Assembly: GCA_050185685.1 (NCBI GenBank)
Contig: JBFWZE010000001.1
Span: 2,421-66,420, forward strand
Reading direction: 5' to 3'
Origin: Dehalococcoidia bacterium
Lineage (GTDB): Bacteria; Chloroflexota; Dehalococcoidia; DSTF01; WHTK01
DNA: 64,000 nucleotides
In this document: in pieces, positions 31,231 through 40,978 of the stretch
How the letters are laid out: each line of letters begins with the position of its first letter
Position numbering within the stretch: position 1 is the stretch's first letter
Position numbers and translations under genes: made by a program
The notes under the pieces: generated by a model
Database searches by the model: none
What the model was told of the DNA's origin: nothing
What the model saw: the letters and a program-made list of their open reading frames with translations, nothing else

Positions 31231-32241
31231 TCACGGTGCGTGCTGGCTGCTCCGCCGCGGTACGAGAACAGGGGCGACCATCGTATGCTCGTCCCGCGGT
31301 GCACCCGCGATTCCGCGTAACAGGCGGGCGATTGCCTGCCGGCCGATCGCGGCGAAGTCTTGCCGGACGGTCGTGAGCGGTGGGCTGAAGAATGCGGCCT
31401 CGGGAATGTCATCGAATCCCGCGATGAGGATGTCATCGGGCACGCGCACCCCGAGTTCGTCGAACGCAGAGAGGACACCCAGCGCCATCTGATCATTCGC
31501 GACGAAGACGGCATCGACATCGTCGCGCCTGCCCAGGTGGAGCCCATGACGGTAGCCGGAAGCGGGACTCCAGTCGCCCAGAAGCGGCTCGAATACCGGG
31601 GCGTTGCGGGCGGTAAGCGCACGCCGCCAGCCTTCGATGCGTAATTGCGCTTCAATCCAGTCGGCAGGACCTGCGATATGCCAGACGTTCTTCGCTCCCT
31701 GATCGAGGAGATGGGAGGTTACGAGCTCGCCGCCATGGACCTGGTCGACGGCGACCGTCTCCCGCGCCCCTCTATGGGCATCGGCTGCCTGGGCTATGAC
31801 GACGGGAATTTCGGCGGCGACGGCCGAGAGCGCATCGCTGACCCCCACGAGCGGGACGATTGCGACGACGCCCTCGACGCCCTGCAGCGTCAACCGGTCG
31901 AGTGCGTCGGCGATTCCTCTCGCCGATCCTGCCTCGACGACAGCGACACTGACGAAGTAGCCGGCCTCGCGCGCGGAGCGTTCGATTGCGTAGAGCGTGC
32001 TTGCGGGGCCATAGAGAGTCGACTCCAGGGCGAGGACGCCGATCACACCGGAGCGTCGAGAAGCCAGCGCGCGGGCCGAGGCGTTCGGGCGGTACCCCAG
32101 CGTCGTCATCGCGTCCAGTACGCGGGTCCTTGTCGACTCGAGGACGGCGGGACTCCCGTTGAGAACGCGCGAAACCGTCTGGTGGGAGACGCCTGCTACC
32201 CGCGCTACGTCTGCAATCCCGGGGCGTTTGCTGGTGCTCAC
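31231..32241 (-). CDS. LacI-family transcriptional regulator
   Basis: N-terminal HTH IADVARVAGVSHQTVSRVLNG and a periplasmic-binding-protein-like effector domain. GTG start. Confidence 0.85.
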   Translation of the reverse strand: MSTSKRPGIADVARVAGVSHQTVSRVLNGSPAVLESTRTRVLDAMTTLGYRPNASARALASRRSGVIGVLALESTLYGPASTLYAIERSAREAGYFVSVAVVEAGSARGIADALDRLTLQGVEGVVAIVPLVGVSDALSAVAAEIPVVIAQAADAHRGARETVAVDQVHGGELVTSHLLDQGAKNVWHIAGPADWIEAQLRIEGWRRALTARNAPVFEPLLGDWSPASGYRHGLHLGRRDDVDAVFVANDQMALGVLSAFDELGVRVPDDILIAGFDDIPEAAFFSPPLTTVRQDFAAIGRQAIARLLRGIAGAPRDEHTMVAPVLVPRRSSQHAP

Positions 32242-32302
32242 GCCGACAGGATACGCCCGGAGAGCGCGAGCGAGAGGCCACCTTCTGAGGGTTGCGGCGC
32301 AG

Positions 32303-32320
32303 AAATGTGAGCGCTAACAT
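32303..32320. promoter_or_regulatory. Candidate LacI-family operator, near-palindromic and lac-operator-like
   Basis: aaaTGTGAGCGCTAACAt has 12 of 14 positions symmetric and resembles the ideal lacO TGTGAGCGCTCACA. It lies in the divergent intergenic region between lacI and the catabolic genes. Confidence 0.45.
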
Positions 32321-32379
32321 GGCGGCCATTGCCGGCTCTTCTCAGAGGGCCAACCAGTCGATCGGACCGCGACCCAGCC

Positions 32380-33282
32380 ATGTTCAACTCACCCTTTGCC
32401 CTGCCGGACTCGCCGCACCGCTTTCCCGATGGTGGCGCCTGGCGAATCGAAATCCCTTCAGTCGAAGGCCCTGAGGCGATGGCCGCCGTGCTCGAAGAGG
32501 CCGACCGCCTGAACGTGCCGTTGCACCGGATCAGCCAGGGCAGCGGCGTCATGATGCTGACTGACGCCGAGATCGAGGCGATGGTCGACATGGGCGCGCA
32601 GCACAGGACAGAGGTGTCGCTGTTCCTCGGCCCGCGCGGAACATGGGATGTCGGCGCAGCTGTGAAGTCATCCAGCGGCGGCGGGGGCACACGGGTCCGT
32701 GGCCTCGATCAAGTGCGCTTCTCCTACGAGGACGCAAAACGAGCGGCAAGCCTCGGCATCCGTAACGTCCTTGTTGCCGACGAGGGCTTGCTCTGGCTCC
32801 TCCATGAAGCACGCAGCAACGGCGAGTTGCCGGCAGACATGCGGTTCAAGATCAGCGTCCTGATCGGGCCGGTGAATCCGATGGGCTTTCGCGTCATGGC
32901 TGCTCTCGGCGGAGACTCGATTAACGTCCCCAGCGACCTCAGCCTGTCGCAGTGCGCCGAGATTCGCGCTGCCTCGAACGCGGCGCTCGATATGTACGTC
33001 GAGGCGCCCGATGACATTGGCGGATTCGTGCGGCTCTACGAAGCGTCGGAGCTGATCCGCGTCGCTGCGCCGATCTACCTGAAGTTTGGCCTGCGGAACG
33101 CACCGCCGCTGTATCCCGCCGGCCAGCACCTGAAGCAGGTGGCGATTAGCAGCGCCCGCGAGCGTGTCCGTCGAGCACGCCTGACTCTCGACATCATCGA
33201 GCGGGCGGGCGGTGCGCCTCTGCCGATGTCGCCGGTTGGTGAGCCGTCGTTGCCGGTACCGGAGCGCTTCGTTGTTCGCTGA
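32380..33282 (+). CDS. Conserved hypothetical protein, first gene of the sugar-acid cluster
   Basis: 300-aa ORF with good codon bias and no recognised motif. Start is ambiguous: ATG at 32380, or TTG at 32329. Confidence 0.5.
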   Translation: MFNSPFALPDSPHRFPDGGAWRIEIPSVEGPEAMAAVLEEADRLNVPLHRISQGSGVMMLTDAEIEAMVDMGAQHRTEVSLFLGPRGTWDVGAAVKSSSGGGGTRVRGLDQVRFSYEDAKRAASLGIRNVLVADEGLLWLLHEARSNGELPADMRFKISVLIGPVNPMGFRVMAALGGDSINVPSDLSLSQCAEIRAASNAALDMYVEAPDDIGGFVRLYEASELIRVAAPIYLKFGLRNAPPLYPAGQHLKQVAISSARERVRRARLTLDIIERAGGAPLPMSPVGEPSLPVPERFVVR

Positions 33283-34111
33283 GCAGGTCACGCGGCCCGA
33301 CGCCTACCACGCTGAGGGACCGATCTGGGACGCGCGCTCTGGCCGTCTCATGTGGGTCGATCTGCTGCGCGGCGATGTCCTCTCCCTCGCTCCGGGTTCG
33401 ACGGATATCACGCGAGTACATGTCGACGACCGGGTCGCCGGATGCATCGTGCCGCGCGCAGCCGGCGGGTGGGTCGTTGCCACGGAGCGCGGCTTTGCAT
33501 TCCTGGACGAGGCGGGCAGGATCGAGCGCCTCGAAGACGTCTGGAGCGACCCGGCGATCCGCATGAACGATGGCGCATGCGACGCAGAGGGCCACTTCTT
33601 CTGCGGCTCAATGGCCTACGACGCGTCCCCAGGCCAAGGCGCCCTCTACCGGCTCGATCCGGATCGCTCCGTCTACACGGTGCATACCGGCGTCACGATT
33701 TCGAACGGCATCGGCTGGGCTCCCGACGGCGAAGTCGCCTACTACATCGATTCGCCGACCCACCGCATCGACGTCTGCAGCCCCGACCTGAGCATCAGGC
33801 GCCCGTTCGTCGAGATTCCCGCCGAGCTCGGCCTGCCGGATGGCCTCACGGTCGATGCCGAGGGCGGTATCTGGGTTGCGCTCTGGGGAGGCAGCGCGGT
33901 GCATCGTTACACTGCGGCGGGCGCCCTCGACGCCGTTATCGAGCTGCCGGTTCGCCAGCCGTCCTCCTGTACCTTTGGCGGCGATGACCTTGGCACGCTC
34001 TTCATCACTACGTCGGCCCTCGATCTCGCCGATCCCGAGCCCGAGGCCGGGGCGATCTTCGCCGTGCGGCCTGGTGTCAGGGGCCTGCCGGCGAATCCAT
34101 TCGCAGGCTAG
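33272..34111 (+). CDS. SMP-30/gluconolactonase/LRE-family sugar lactonase
   Basis: AEGPIWDARSGRLMWVDL..., a beta-propeller lactonase signature. A likely TTG start overlaps the upstream gene end. Confidence 0.75.
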   Translation: MFAEQVTRPDAYHAEGPIWDARSGRLMWVDLLRGDVLSLAPGSTDITRVHVDDRVAGCIVPRAAGGWVVATERGFAFLDEAGRIERLEDVWSDPAIRMNDGACDAEGHFFCGSMAYDASPGQGALYRLDPDRSVYTVHTGVTISNGIGWAPDGEVAYYIDSPTHRIDVCSPDLSIRRPFVEIPAELGLPDGLTVDAEGGIWVALWGGSAVHRYTAAGALDAVIELPVRQPSSCTFGGDDLGTLFITTSALDLADPEPEAGAIFAVRPGVRGLPANPFAG

Positions 34112-34143
34112 CTGTCGCTGCACAGCTTCCGAGGAGACATGCC

Positions 34144-35307
34144 ATGAAGATTGCTGAGCTCTCGGTCCACGTCCTGGGTACCCCCTGGCGAGACCTCACC
34201 TACGTCGTCCTGCGGACCGATGACGGTCTGACCGGCGTCGGCGAAACCAGGATGCTCAGCCACACGGGGGCGCTCAAAGGCTACCTGGCCGAAGCTGCAT
34301 CGAATCATGTCCTCGGCTCGGACCCGTTCGACACCGAATCGCTGGTGCAGCGGATGAAGTACGGCGACTACGGCCGCTCTGGCGAAATCGTCATGTCGGG
34401 CATCGCCTGCGTGGAGATGGCCTGCTGGGACATCGTTGGTAAGGCCCTCGGTCAGCCCGTCTGGCGTCTGCTCGGGGGGAAAGTACGCGACCGGGTCAGG
34501 GCGTATGCCAACGGCTGGTACACGGTGGAGCGAACGCCCGAGGAGTTCCACGCCTCGGCACGGAGGGTGATCGATCGGGGCTACACGGCTTTGAAGCTCG
34601 ATCCCTTCGGTCCGGGACGCTGGGAGCTGGATCATGAAGAGACCCGGCGATCGGTCTCGCTGGTCGAAGCGGTCCGAGACGCGGTGGGTCCTGACGTAGA
34701 CATCCTCGTCGAGATGCACGGGCGCTTTGCGCCGCACGAGGCTCTGCGTCTTGCGCATCTGCTTGAGCCGGTCCGGCCGTCGTGGATTGAGGAGCCGGTG
34801 CCAGCTGCCAACCTGAAATCACTCGCCAAGGTGTCGGCTCACACGATCGTCCCGATCGCCACCGGTGAGCGGATACACGACCGCATCGAATTCCGGGAGC
34901 TGTTCGAATCGCAGGCCGCTGACATCATCCAGCCCGACATCGGTCATCTTGGCGGCCTCCTCGAGACTCGCAAGCTGGCTGCCACCGCCGAAACCTACGA
35001 TGTCCTCGTCGCGCCACACAACGTCGCCGGCCAGGTGCTGACCGCGGCAAACCTGCATCTTGCCGCCTGCACGCCGAACTTCAAGATCCAGGAGTACTTC
35101 AACGACTTCGCCGACGAGTACGTGAAGCAGGCGGCTCCCGGCCTGCCCGCGGTGGTCGATGGATGGTTCGACCTGCCGATTGCACCCGGTCTCGGCGTTG
35201 AGCTGGACCTCGCCTTCATCGCCGAGCACCCGCCCACCGGCGCTCACTTCGACCTCCATGCGGTCGACTGGCACCTCCGCGATACCACGAAGCGCTCGGC
35301 TGTGTGA
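34144..35307 (+). CDS. Enolase-superfamily sugar-acid dehydratase (mandelate racemase/muconate-lactonizing enzyme family, galactonate or arabinonate dehydratase-like)
   Basis: N-terminal capping domain, metal ligands in DILVEMHGRF...EEP...EYF, and MR/MLE signature. Confidence 0.85.
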   Translation: MKIAELSVHVLGTPWRDLTYVVLRTDDGLTGVGETRMLSHTGALKGYLAEAASNHVLGSDPFDTESLVQRMKYGDYGRSGEIVMSGIACVEMACWDIVGKALGQPVWRLLGGKVRDRVRAYANGWYTVERTPEEFHASARRVIDRGYTALKLDPFGPGRWELDHEETRRSVSLVEAVRDAVGPDVDILVEMHGRFAPHEALRLAHLLEPVRPSWIEEPVPAANLKSLAKVSAHTIVPIATGERIHDRIEFRELFESQAADIIQPDIGHLGGLLETRKLAATAETYDVLVAPHNVAGQVLTAANLHLAACTPNFKIQEYFNDFADEYVKQAAPGLPAVVDGWFDLPIAPGLGVELDLAFIAEHPPTGAHFDLHAVDWHLRDTTKRSAV

Positions 35308-36308
35308 TGAGGGCTGTCCGCATCGAACAGCCCGGTGTCCTGCAGATCGTCGACCTTCCGAAGCCGGAGCCGGCGCCCGGCGAGGCCCTTGTGGCGGTGG
35401 CCTTCAGCGGCATCTGCGGCTCTGACCTGGACATCTTCACCGGGCAGCGTCCCGCGGACTTCGTCCAGTATCCGGTCATTCCGGGGCACGAGTGGTCTGG
35501 AACGATAGCCGCCGTCGGTGAACTCGTTGACCCGTCACTCGTCGGCAAGAAGGTCGCCGGTGAGGGTTTCAGCTCCTGTCAGCGCTGCGGTCCCTGCGAA
35601 CGGGGCGACACGGTCCTCTGCGAAACGCGCTATGACGAGACCGGCTTCACCCGGCCCGGCGCCTGGGCTGACTTCCTCGCGATACGAGCCGAACAACTTC
35701 ATCTCCTTGACGACGCCGCTGATCTTCGGGCCGCGGCCTGCCTGGAGCCGGCTGCCTGTGCTGCCGATGCCGTCACCCGCGCGGCGGTCCTGCGGGGTGA
35801 GACGGTTGCGGTCGTTGGGGCCGGCACCGTCGGCGCCCTCGTCGTGCAGTTTCTCCGCGGCCTCGAGCCGTCAGAGCTGACGGTCATGGAGCCTGACGAG
35901 CGTGCCGCCCGGATGGCCCTCGAATGTGGCGCTACTGCCACATGTGCCCCGGTTTCGGCTGCCGAGCTGGCGGGCCGCTTCGACGTTGTGATTGAAACAG
36001 CAGGAGCAGCCTCGACGGCGCAAGCGAGCCTCGACCTGGTTCGGCGCGGCGGCCGCGTCGTCCTGGTGGGCATTCCCGAGGCTGGGGAACGACTCGGCGT
36101 TGCAAGCCTGGTCAGCAAACGGGTAGAGATTCAGACGGTCTTTGGCGCTCCGCGTATAGCATGGAAGGCGGCCGTTGATGCGTTCACGGGTGGTCAGCTC
36201 AATCTGGGGATTCTCGTCACGCGCGAATTCGATCTTTCGGAGGCAGGGCGGGCGCTCAACCTTCTGCAGAACTCCTCAAGTGTGGGAAAGATCTTGCTGC
36301 GCCCGTGA
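35304..36308 (+). CDS. Zinc-dependent medium-chain alcohol or sugar dehydrogenase
   Basis: GICGSDL and GHEWSG zinc motifs, and Rossmann motif VVGAGTVG. ATGA overlap with the upstream gene. Confidence 0.85.
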   Translation: MMRAVRIEQPGVLQIVDLPKPEPAPGEALVAVAFSGICGSDLDIFTGQRPADFVQYPVIPGHEWSGTIAAVGELVDPSLVGKKVAGEGFSSCQRCGPCERGDTVLCETRYDETGFTRPGAWADFLAIRAEQLHLLDDAADLRAAACLEPAACAADAVTRAAVLRGETVAVVGAGTVGALVVQFLRGLEPSELTVMEPDERAARMALECGATATCAPVSAAELAGRFDVVIETAGAASTAQASLDLVRRGGRVVLVGIPEAGERLGVASLVSKRVEIQTVFGAPRIAWKAAVDAFTGGQLNLGILVTREFDLSEAGRALNLLQNSSSVGKILLRP

Positions 36309-36348
36309 CTTCCTGGACCGGCGAACCTCAATAGGCATGGAGGCGAAC

Positions 36349-37878
36349 ATGAAGGCAACCGTCACCGCGCACCGCGACTTCACCATCGCACCGATTGACG
36401 ATCGACTCTACGGTGCGTTCCTGGAGCATCTTGGCCGGGCCATCTACACGGGCGTCTATGAGCCGGGGCATCAGACGGCGGACGCGGACGGTATGCGCGG
36501 TGACGTAGCCCGGCTTGTCCGAGAGCTCAACGTTCCGCTGGTCAGATACCCCGGCGGCAATTTCGTCTCTGCCTACAACTGGGAGGATGGCATCGGGCCG
36601 CGAGAGGAGCGTCCGACGCGCCTGGACCTCGCCTGGCATACGTCCGAAAGCAATGCGGTGGGCATCCATGAGTTCATCGCCTGGTGCCGCACGGTTGGGA
36701 CCGAGCCGATGCTGGCGATCAACCTCGGCTCTCGTGGCCTCGACGAAGCACGGAATTTCGTCGAGTACGTGAACGGCCCGGCCGGGAGCTACTGGGGCGA
36801 CCTGCGGGGGAAGAACGGCCAGCCGGAGCCGTTCGGAGTCAGGTACTGGTGCCTCGGCAATGAAGTGGACGGTCCGTGGCAGATCGGTCACAAGACCGCT
36901 GACGAGTACGGCCGCCTCGCGAACGAAACGGCGAAAGCGCTCCGGGCCTTCGACAGTTCGCTGCAGCTCGTCGTCTGCGGCTCATCCCATTCCTACATGC
37001 CGACGTTCCCCGAGTGGGAGCGCACCGTCCTGGAGCACACCTACGACGTCGTCGACCACATCTCGTTGCACATGTACTTCAACAACCGCGAACAGAACAC
37101 GGCGAACTACCTGGCGATGAATGCGCGGCTGGACGACTACATCGGCACGGTGGCCTCGACCATCGAGTACGTTCGCGCAAAGAAGCGTTCGTCGAAGAAG
37201 GTCACGATCTCATTCGATGAGTGGAACGTGTGGTATCACTCGAATGAGCAGGACCGCGCGATTCGCGACGGCAGCCTCGGCTGGCCACATGCGCCCCGTC
37301 TCCTGGAGGACGTCTACAACTTCGAAGACGTCCTCCAGGTGGGCTGTATCATCAACACCTTCATCCGCCGCGCTGACGTTGTGAAGATCGCCTGCATCGC
37401 GCAGCTCGTCAATGTCATTGCGCCGATCATGACGGAACCGGGTGGCGATGCCTGGCGCCAGACGATTTACTACCCGTTCTTCTTTGCCTCGCAGTTCGGG
37501 CGCGGCACTGCCCTGCGGCTCGCCGTGGAGTCGCCCGGCTACGACGCCGCGGTTGCCGCCGACGTCCCGTATCTCGACATCTCCGGCGTGTACAACAGTG
37601 ACGACGGCACGCTGACCTTCTTCGCGGTCAATCGCCATCCAGATGAGGAAGCCCAGGTCGAGATCAGCCTGGTAGGATTCGGTCCTGCCGAAGTCATCGA
37701 CCACCGGGTGATGGTCCACCCCGATCTGCAGGCAACGAACACGCTGACCGATCAGACGAGGGTCGTGCCGGGCAAAGGCTTTGGCGCCACGGTCGAGGGC
37801 AGTCAGCTCCGCTTCACGATGCAGCCCTACTTGTACCAGGTGCTGCGAATGAAGCTGGCGGGCGCGCCTGCGGGCTGA
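36349..37878 (+). CDS. abfA: GH51 alpha-L-arabinofuranosidase
   Basis: GGAGG ribosome-binding site. GH51 signature LRYPGGNFVSAYNWEDGIGP...WCLGNEVDGPWQIGH, carrying the catalytic acid/base Glu. Confidence 0.85.
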   Translation: MKATVTAHRDFTIAPIDDRLYGAFLEHLGRAIYTGVYEPGHQTADADGMRGDVARLVRELNVPLVRYPGGNFVSAYNWEDGIGPREERPTRLDLAWHTSESNAVGIHEFIAWCRTVGTEPMLAINLGSRGLDEARNFVEYVNGPAGSYWGDLRGKNGQPEPFGVRYWCLGNEVDGPWQIGHKTADEYGRLANETAKALRAFDSSLQLVVCGSSHSYMPTFPEWERTVLEHTYDVVDHISLHMYFNNREQNTANYLAMNARLDDYIGTVASTIEYVRAKKRSSKKVTISFDEWNVWYHSNEQDRAIRDGSLGWPHAPRLLEDVYNFEDVLQVGCIINTFIRRADVVKIACIAQLVNVIAPIMTEPGGDAWRQTIYYPFFFASQFGRGTALRLAVESPGYDAAVAADVPYLDISGVYNSDDGTLTFFAVNRHPDEEAQVEISLVGFGPAEVIDHRVMVHPDLQATNTLTDQTRVVPGKGFGATVEGSQLRFTMQPYLYQVLRMKLAGAPAG

Positions 37879-37902
37879 ATCGCCGGTCTCACATCCCTGG
37901 CG

Positions 37903-38955
37903 TCAGGAGTCGCAGGGCAGCGGGATCCGGTCGAAGAGTGCTTCGGCCCACTCGTCGTAGGCATCGGCGGTCGGATGCAGGCCGTCATCGACCCATTCCT
38001 TGTTATCCGCCTGCTTCTTGTAGATTGACCGCAGGTCCATCATTTCGAGACCCCGGGATTTCGCTTCCTCTTCCAGGATCTTGTTGTAGGTTTCGCGCAG
38101 CTGGCGCGTGCCGCCATAGCTCGGACCATCCGGCGAACGGTCCCACTCGTTCTGGTACAGCACGTACACTTCGGCGCCGCTATCGACTGCCTCGTCGAGG
38201 ATCTTGCCGACGTTGCGCCGGTAATCCCGCTCGGTTACGCCGTTCGCAATGTCATTGGCGCCGGTCTGAAACGTGATAATGGTCGGCCGGAAGTCCGCCA
38301 CGTTTGGCAGCTGATCGGAGATGATCTGCGCAGCGGTGTAGCCGGAGATGCCGGCGTTGAGCAAATCGACCGTGCAGCCGCCATCGCGCCAGCGCTCGGC
38401 GAGGCGGGCCGGGAAGGCGCCGTCATCGTCGTCCGCGCCGATGCCCTGGGTGAGCGAGTCACCCATGGAGAGGTACCGGACCTCGGCTTCCTCACCTGCC
38501 TCACCGCTGATGCTCTCGTCCTCGCCATCGAGCTCGTCGGCTACGCCCCTGCTGATCCGCGGGGTCAGGCCGTCGTCGCTACTGTCACCGCCGGCAAAGA
38601 GGACGTAGGCGCCAATCGCGAGCGCTGCGACTACGACCACGCCGATGATTGCGGGTAGGGGAAGTTTGCTGCCACTACCGGATTTCGCCGCACTCGGCGT
38701 CGCGTTGTGTGGCTGCGAGGCCGCACTCCCTGCCGCCACGCCCGGATCCGGCTGAGGTGCCGGAGTAGAAGCTACGGGCTGAGCTGCCTGGGGCTGTGAA
38801 AGCGGTGCTGCGGGAGGCGCATCGGCCGGCGGCGGGAACGGCATCGAGGGGTCGGGAGTGACCCAGCGATTCGTTGCTTCGTCCCAGCGGAGCCAGCTCT
38901 GGTCATCCTGTTGCACCCACCAAACGCCATCACGTCGAACTGGTTCACTGGGCAC
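37903..38955 (-). CDS. Membrane-anchored SGNH/GDSL hydrolase with a Pro/Ala/Gln-rich N-terminal region
   Basis: SMGDSLTQG block I, GxND block, and DGLHP block V. A single transmembrane segment LPLPAIIGVVVVAALAIGAYVLFA follows a low-complexity P/A/Q linker. Confidence 0.7.
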   Translation of the reverse strand: MPSEPVRRDGVWWVQQDDQSWLRWDEATNRWVTPDPSMPFPPPADAPPAAPLSQPQAAQPVASTPAPQPDPGVAAGSAASQPHNATPSAAKSGSGSKLPLPAIIGVVVVAALAIGAYVLFAGGDSSDDGLTPRISRGVADELDGEDESISGEAGEEAEVRYLSMGDSLTQGIGADDDDGAFPARLAERWRDGGCTVDLLNAGISGYTAAQIISDQLPNVADFRPTIITFQTGANDIANGVTERDYRRNVGKILDEAVDSGAEVYVLYQNEWDRSPDGPSYGGTRQLRETYNKILEEEAKSRGLEMMDLRSIYKKQADNKEWVDDGLHPTADAYDEWAEALFDRIPLPCDS

Positions 38956-39394
38956 TGCTGGTCCCTCCTGGGACTACAAGCGCTGGCGTGGCCCGTGCCA
39001 ATACCCGGCGCGACAAGCAAGTCATGGCAACTATAGGGGATGCGCTAAATCGGATGAGGATAAGAGTCGCAACCCGAAAGCTCAGGCGATAACTACTGCA
39101 ATTCGTACAATATCGATTCGGGAAATCTGCAGGTCAAGCACTATCAAGTTACAGTTCGACCGCGCCCGCCACGCGGCAAACGTGCTGGCCGCATCTCTCT
39201 GCTTCGGATCCATAAGACCTCGAGTCGCATTCTCTGATACTTCCAACGCACCAGCTCGACGCCGCCTGCGGCCGGCCTTCGGCAAAGGCGTCCTCATCTC
39301 AAAGGGCCCATGCCCTGAGTCGCCGTCTGTGTATCGGGCGAGGAGAAACACGCGAGGTCATCGCCTGTCTGAAGTGTCTGCCTTTGTGGCCCTT

Positions 39395-40687
39395 CTAGAC
39401 CTTCGAGGCTTCCAGGACGGGCGCATGTGCCGGAAGGGCCGGTCGCTTTGCGAGCAGAAAGAATACGGAGCCGAGGCCGGATAGGAGCGCCAGCACGGTG
39501 AAACCAAACACGTAATCGCCGGTCCTATCGGCGAGATAGCCGGCCGCCACGGGTCCTGAGATCGTGCCGAACGTAATGATCAAAGACGACACCCCAAGGA
39601 TGGCACCGTACGCAGTCCTGCCGAAATAGTCTGCCCGAATCGCTTGCATCATCGGGCCCCTCAGTCCCCACGCCGTGCCGTGGAGCAGGGCGAAGAGGAT
39701 CACGACCCCAAGCAGCGCAGAGTGGGCGACCATGAGCAGCGCCAGCGTGTGAAAGAGCATGCAGCCCACAGCGATCATGCGCTTGTCGAACCGGTCGCCG
39801 ATGATGCCCCCGAGCAAGGTGCCAAGAATCTGGCCGGCAGTGATCAGAGCAACCACCGTGGCGGCACCGCTGAAGGAGTAGCCGGGGCCCTCGGTCAGGT
39901 GGAAGACGATGTGGACGTTTACTACCGAGACGATCAGCAAGGCAGAACCGTGACCAAGCGAGATCAGCCAGAACGCCGGAGTATGCATGGCTTCTCTCAG
40001 GGTGAAGTCTCGCTGCGGGGAGTCGACAGACGTGACTGGCCGTTCTATCTCGGGAGCTGGAGGAAGGCCGTCAACCTGGAGCCCGTGATCCTCAGGGCGG
40101 CGCCGAATGACTTCGTTGATGGGTAGACCCACGCAGAGGATGACCACGCCGGAGATGAGCGCCGTCGTACGCCAACCCAACGTTTCGAGCATTATTGCGA
40201 CAATTGGGATAAGCAGGCCGCCGATCGCACCGCCGAGCTGTGAAATCGAGAACGCCCGGGCTCGCTGGCGGTGGAACCAGTTCGCAATCACGACGTTGAC
40301 GGGAAAGAAGCCACCCAGGCTCGAGCCAATGGCGAGCATCAAGTAGCAGACGTAGAACATCGTCAGGGTGTTGATCTGGCTGAAGGCGATGAACCCGAGA
40401 CCGAAGAGGAGAATGCCGAATCGCATGCTGGCTTTCGGCCCAAACCGGTCGATGAGAGTCCCCTGCACAGGACCGAGGAGCCCGCTCTCGACCTGTTGCA
40501 GCGAGTAGGCGCCGGAAAGTGCCGTCTTGCTCCAGCCGAAGTCGTTCTCGAGCAGGACAGCATATGAGCCGAACGCCCGCCCGATGGTCAGAGTAATGAG
40601 GCCCTGGTTTATGCAGCCGGCTGCAACAATCCACCAGCCATAGAAGATTCGACTTTTCTCTGCTCCAAAGGGGAGAGGTTTATTCAC
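39395..40687 (-). CDS. MFS transporter (oxalate/formate-antiporter-like family)
   Basis: 12 predicted hydrophobic helices, and an IFYGWWIVAAG N-terminus shared with the paralogs. Confidence 0.8.
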   Translation of the reverse strand: MNKPLPFGAEKSRIFYGWWIVAAGCINQGLITLTIGRAFGSYAVLLENDFGWSKTALSGAYSLQQVESGLLGPVQGTLIDRFGPKASMRFGILLFGLGFIAFSQINTLTMFYVCYLMLAIGSSLGGFFPVNVVIANWFHRQRARAFSISQLGGAIGGLLIPIVAIMLETLGWRTTALISGVVILCVGLPINEVIRRRPEDHGLQVDGLPPAPEIERPVTSVDSPQRDFTLREAMHTPAFWLISLGHGSALLIVSVVNVHIVFHLTEGPGYSFSGAATVVALITAGQILGTLLGGIIGDRFDKRMIAVGCMLFHTLALLMVAHSALLGVVILFALLHGTAWGLRGPMMQAIRADYFGRTAYGAILGVSSLIITFGTISGPVAAGYLADRTGDYVFGFTVLALLSGLGSVFFLLAKRPALPAHAPVLEASKV

Positions 40688-40978
40688 AGGCGCCGGAGCC
40701 AGGGAAATGCTGCACCACGATGGGCCGAATTATAGGGAGCGACCATTGCTATGGACAGCAGATCTGCCGCCCCCGAGGTCGCTCCTGACCTCGGCTTGAC
40801 GAAGCCTCAGGGCGGCTAAACGCGGTCGATGCACCTGTGGGGCGGTTTGGCGGCCTGCTGTCTGGTTCGGTTTCTGCCTTCAGCCCGACGCGTGCAATAC
40901 GGGGGCTGATGCTAGACTCCTGCGGACGGGTCCCGTCAGCGGACAATACCTCAGGTCACATCGGGAAGAGGACAGACT

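Noticed and set aside
38956-39394. 440-bp intergenic region with lower GC, as a possible sRNA or small gene
   Set aside because: There is no convincing hairpin-plus-U tract and no RBS-supported ORF. It is most simply the promoter region of the SGNH hydrolase gene plus the 3' UTR of the MFS gene.
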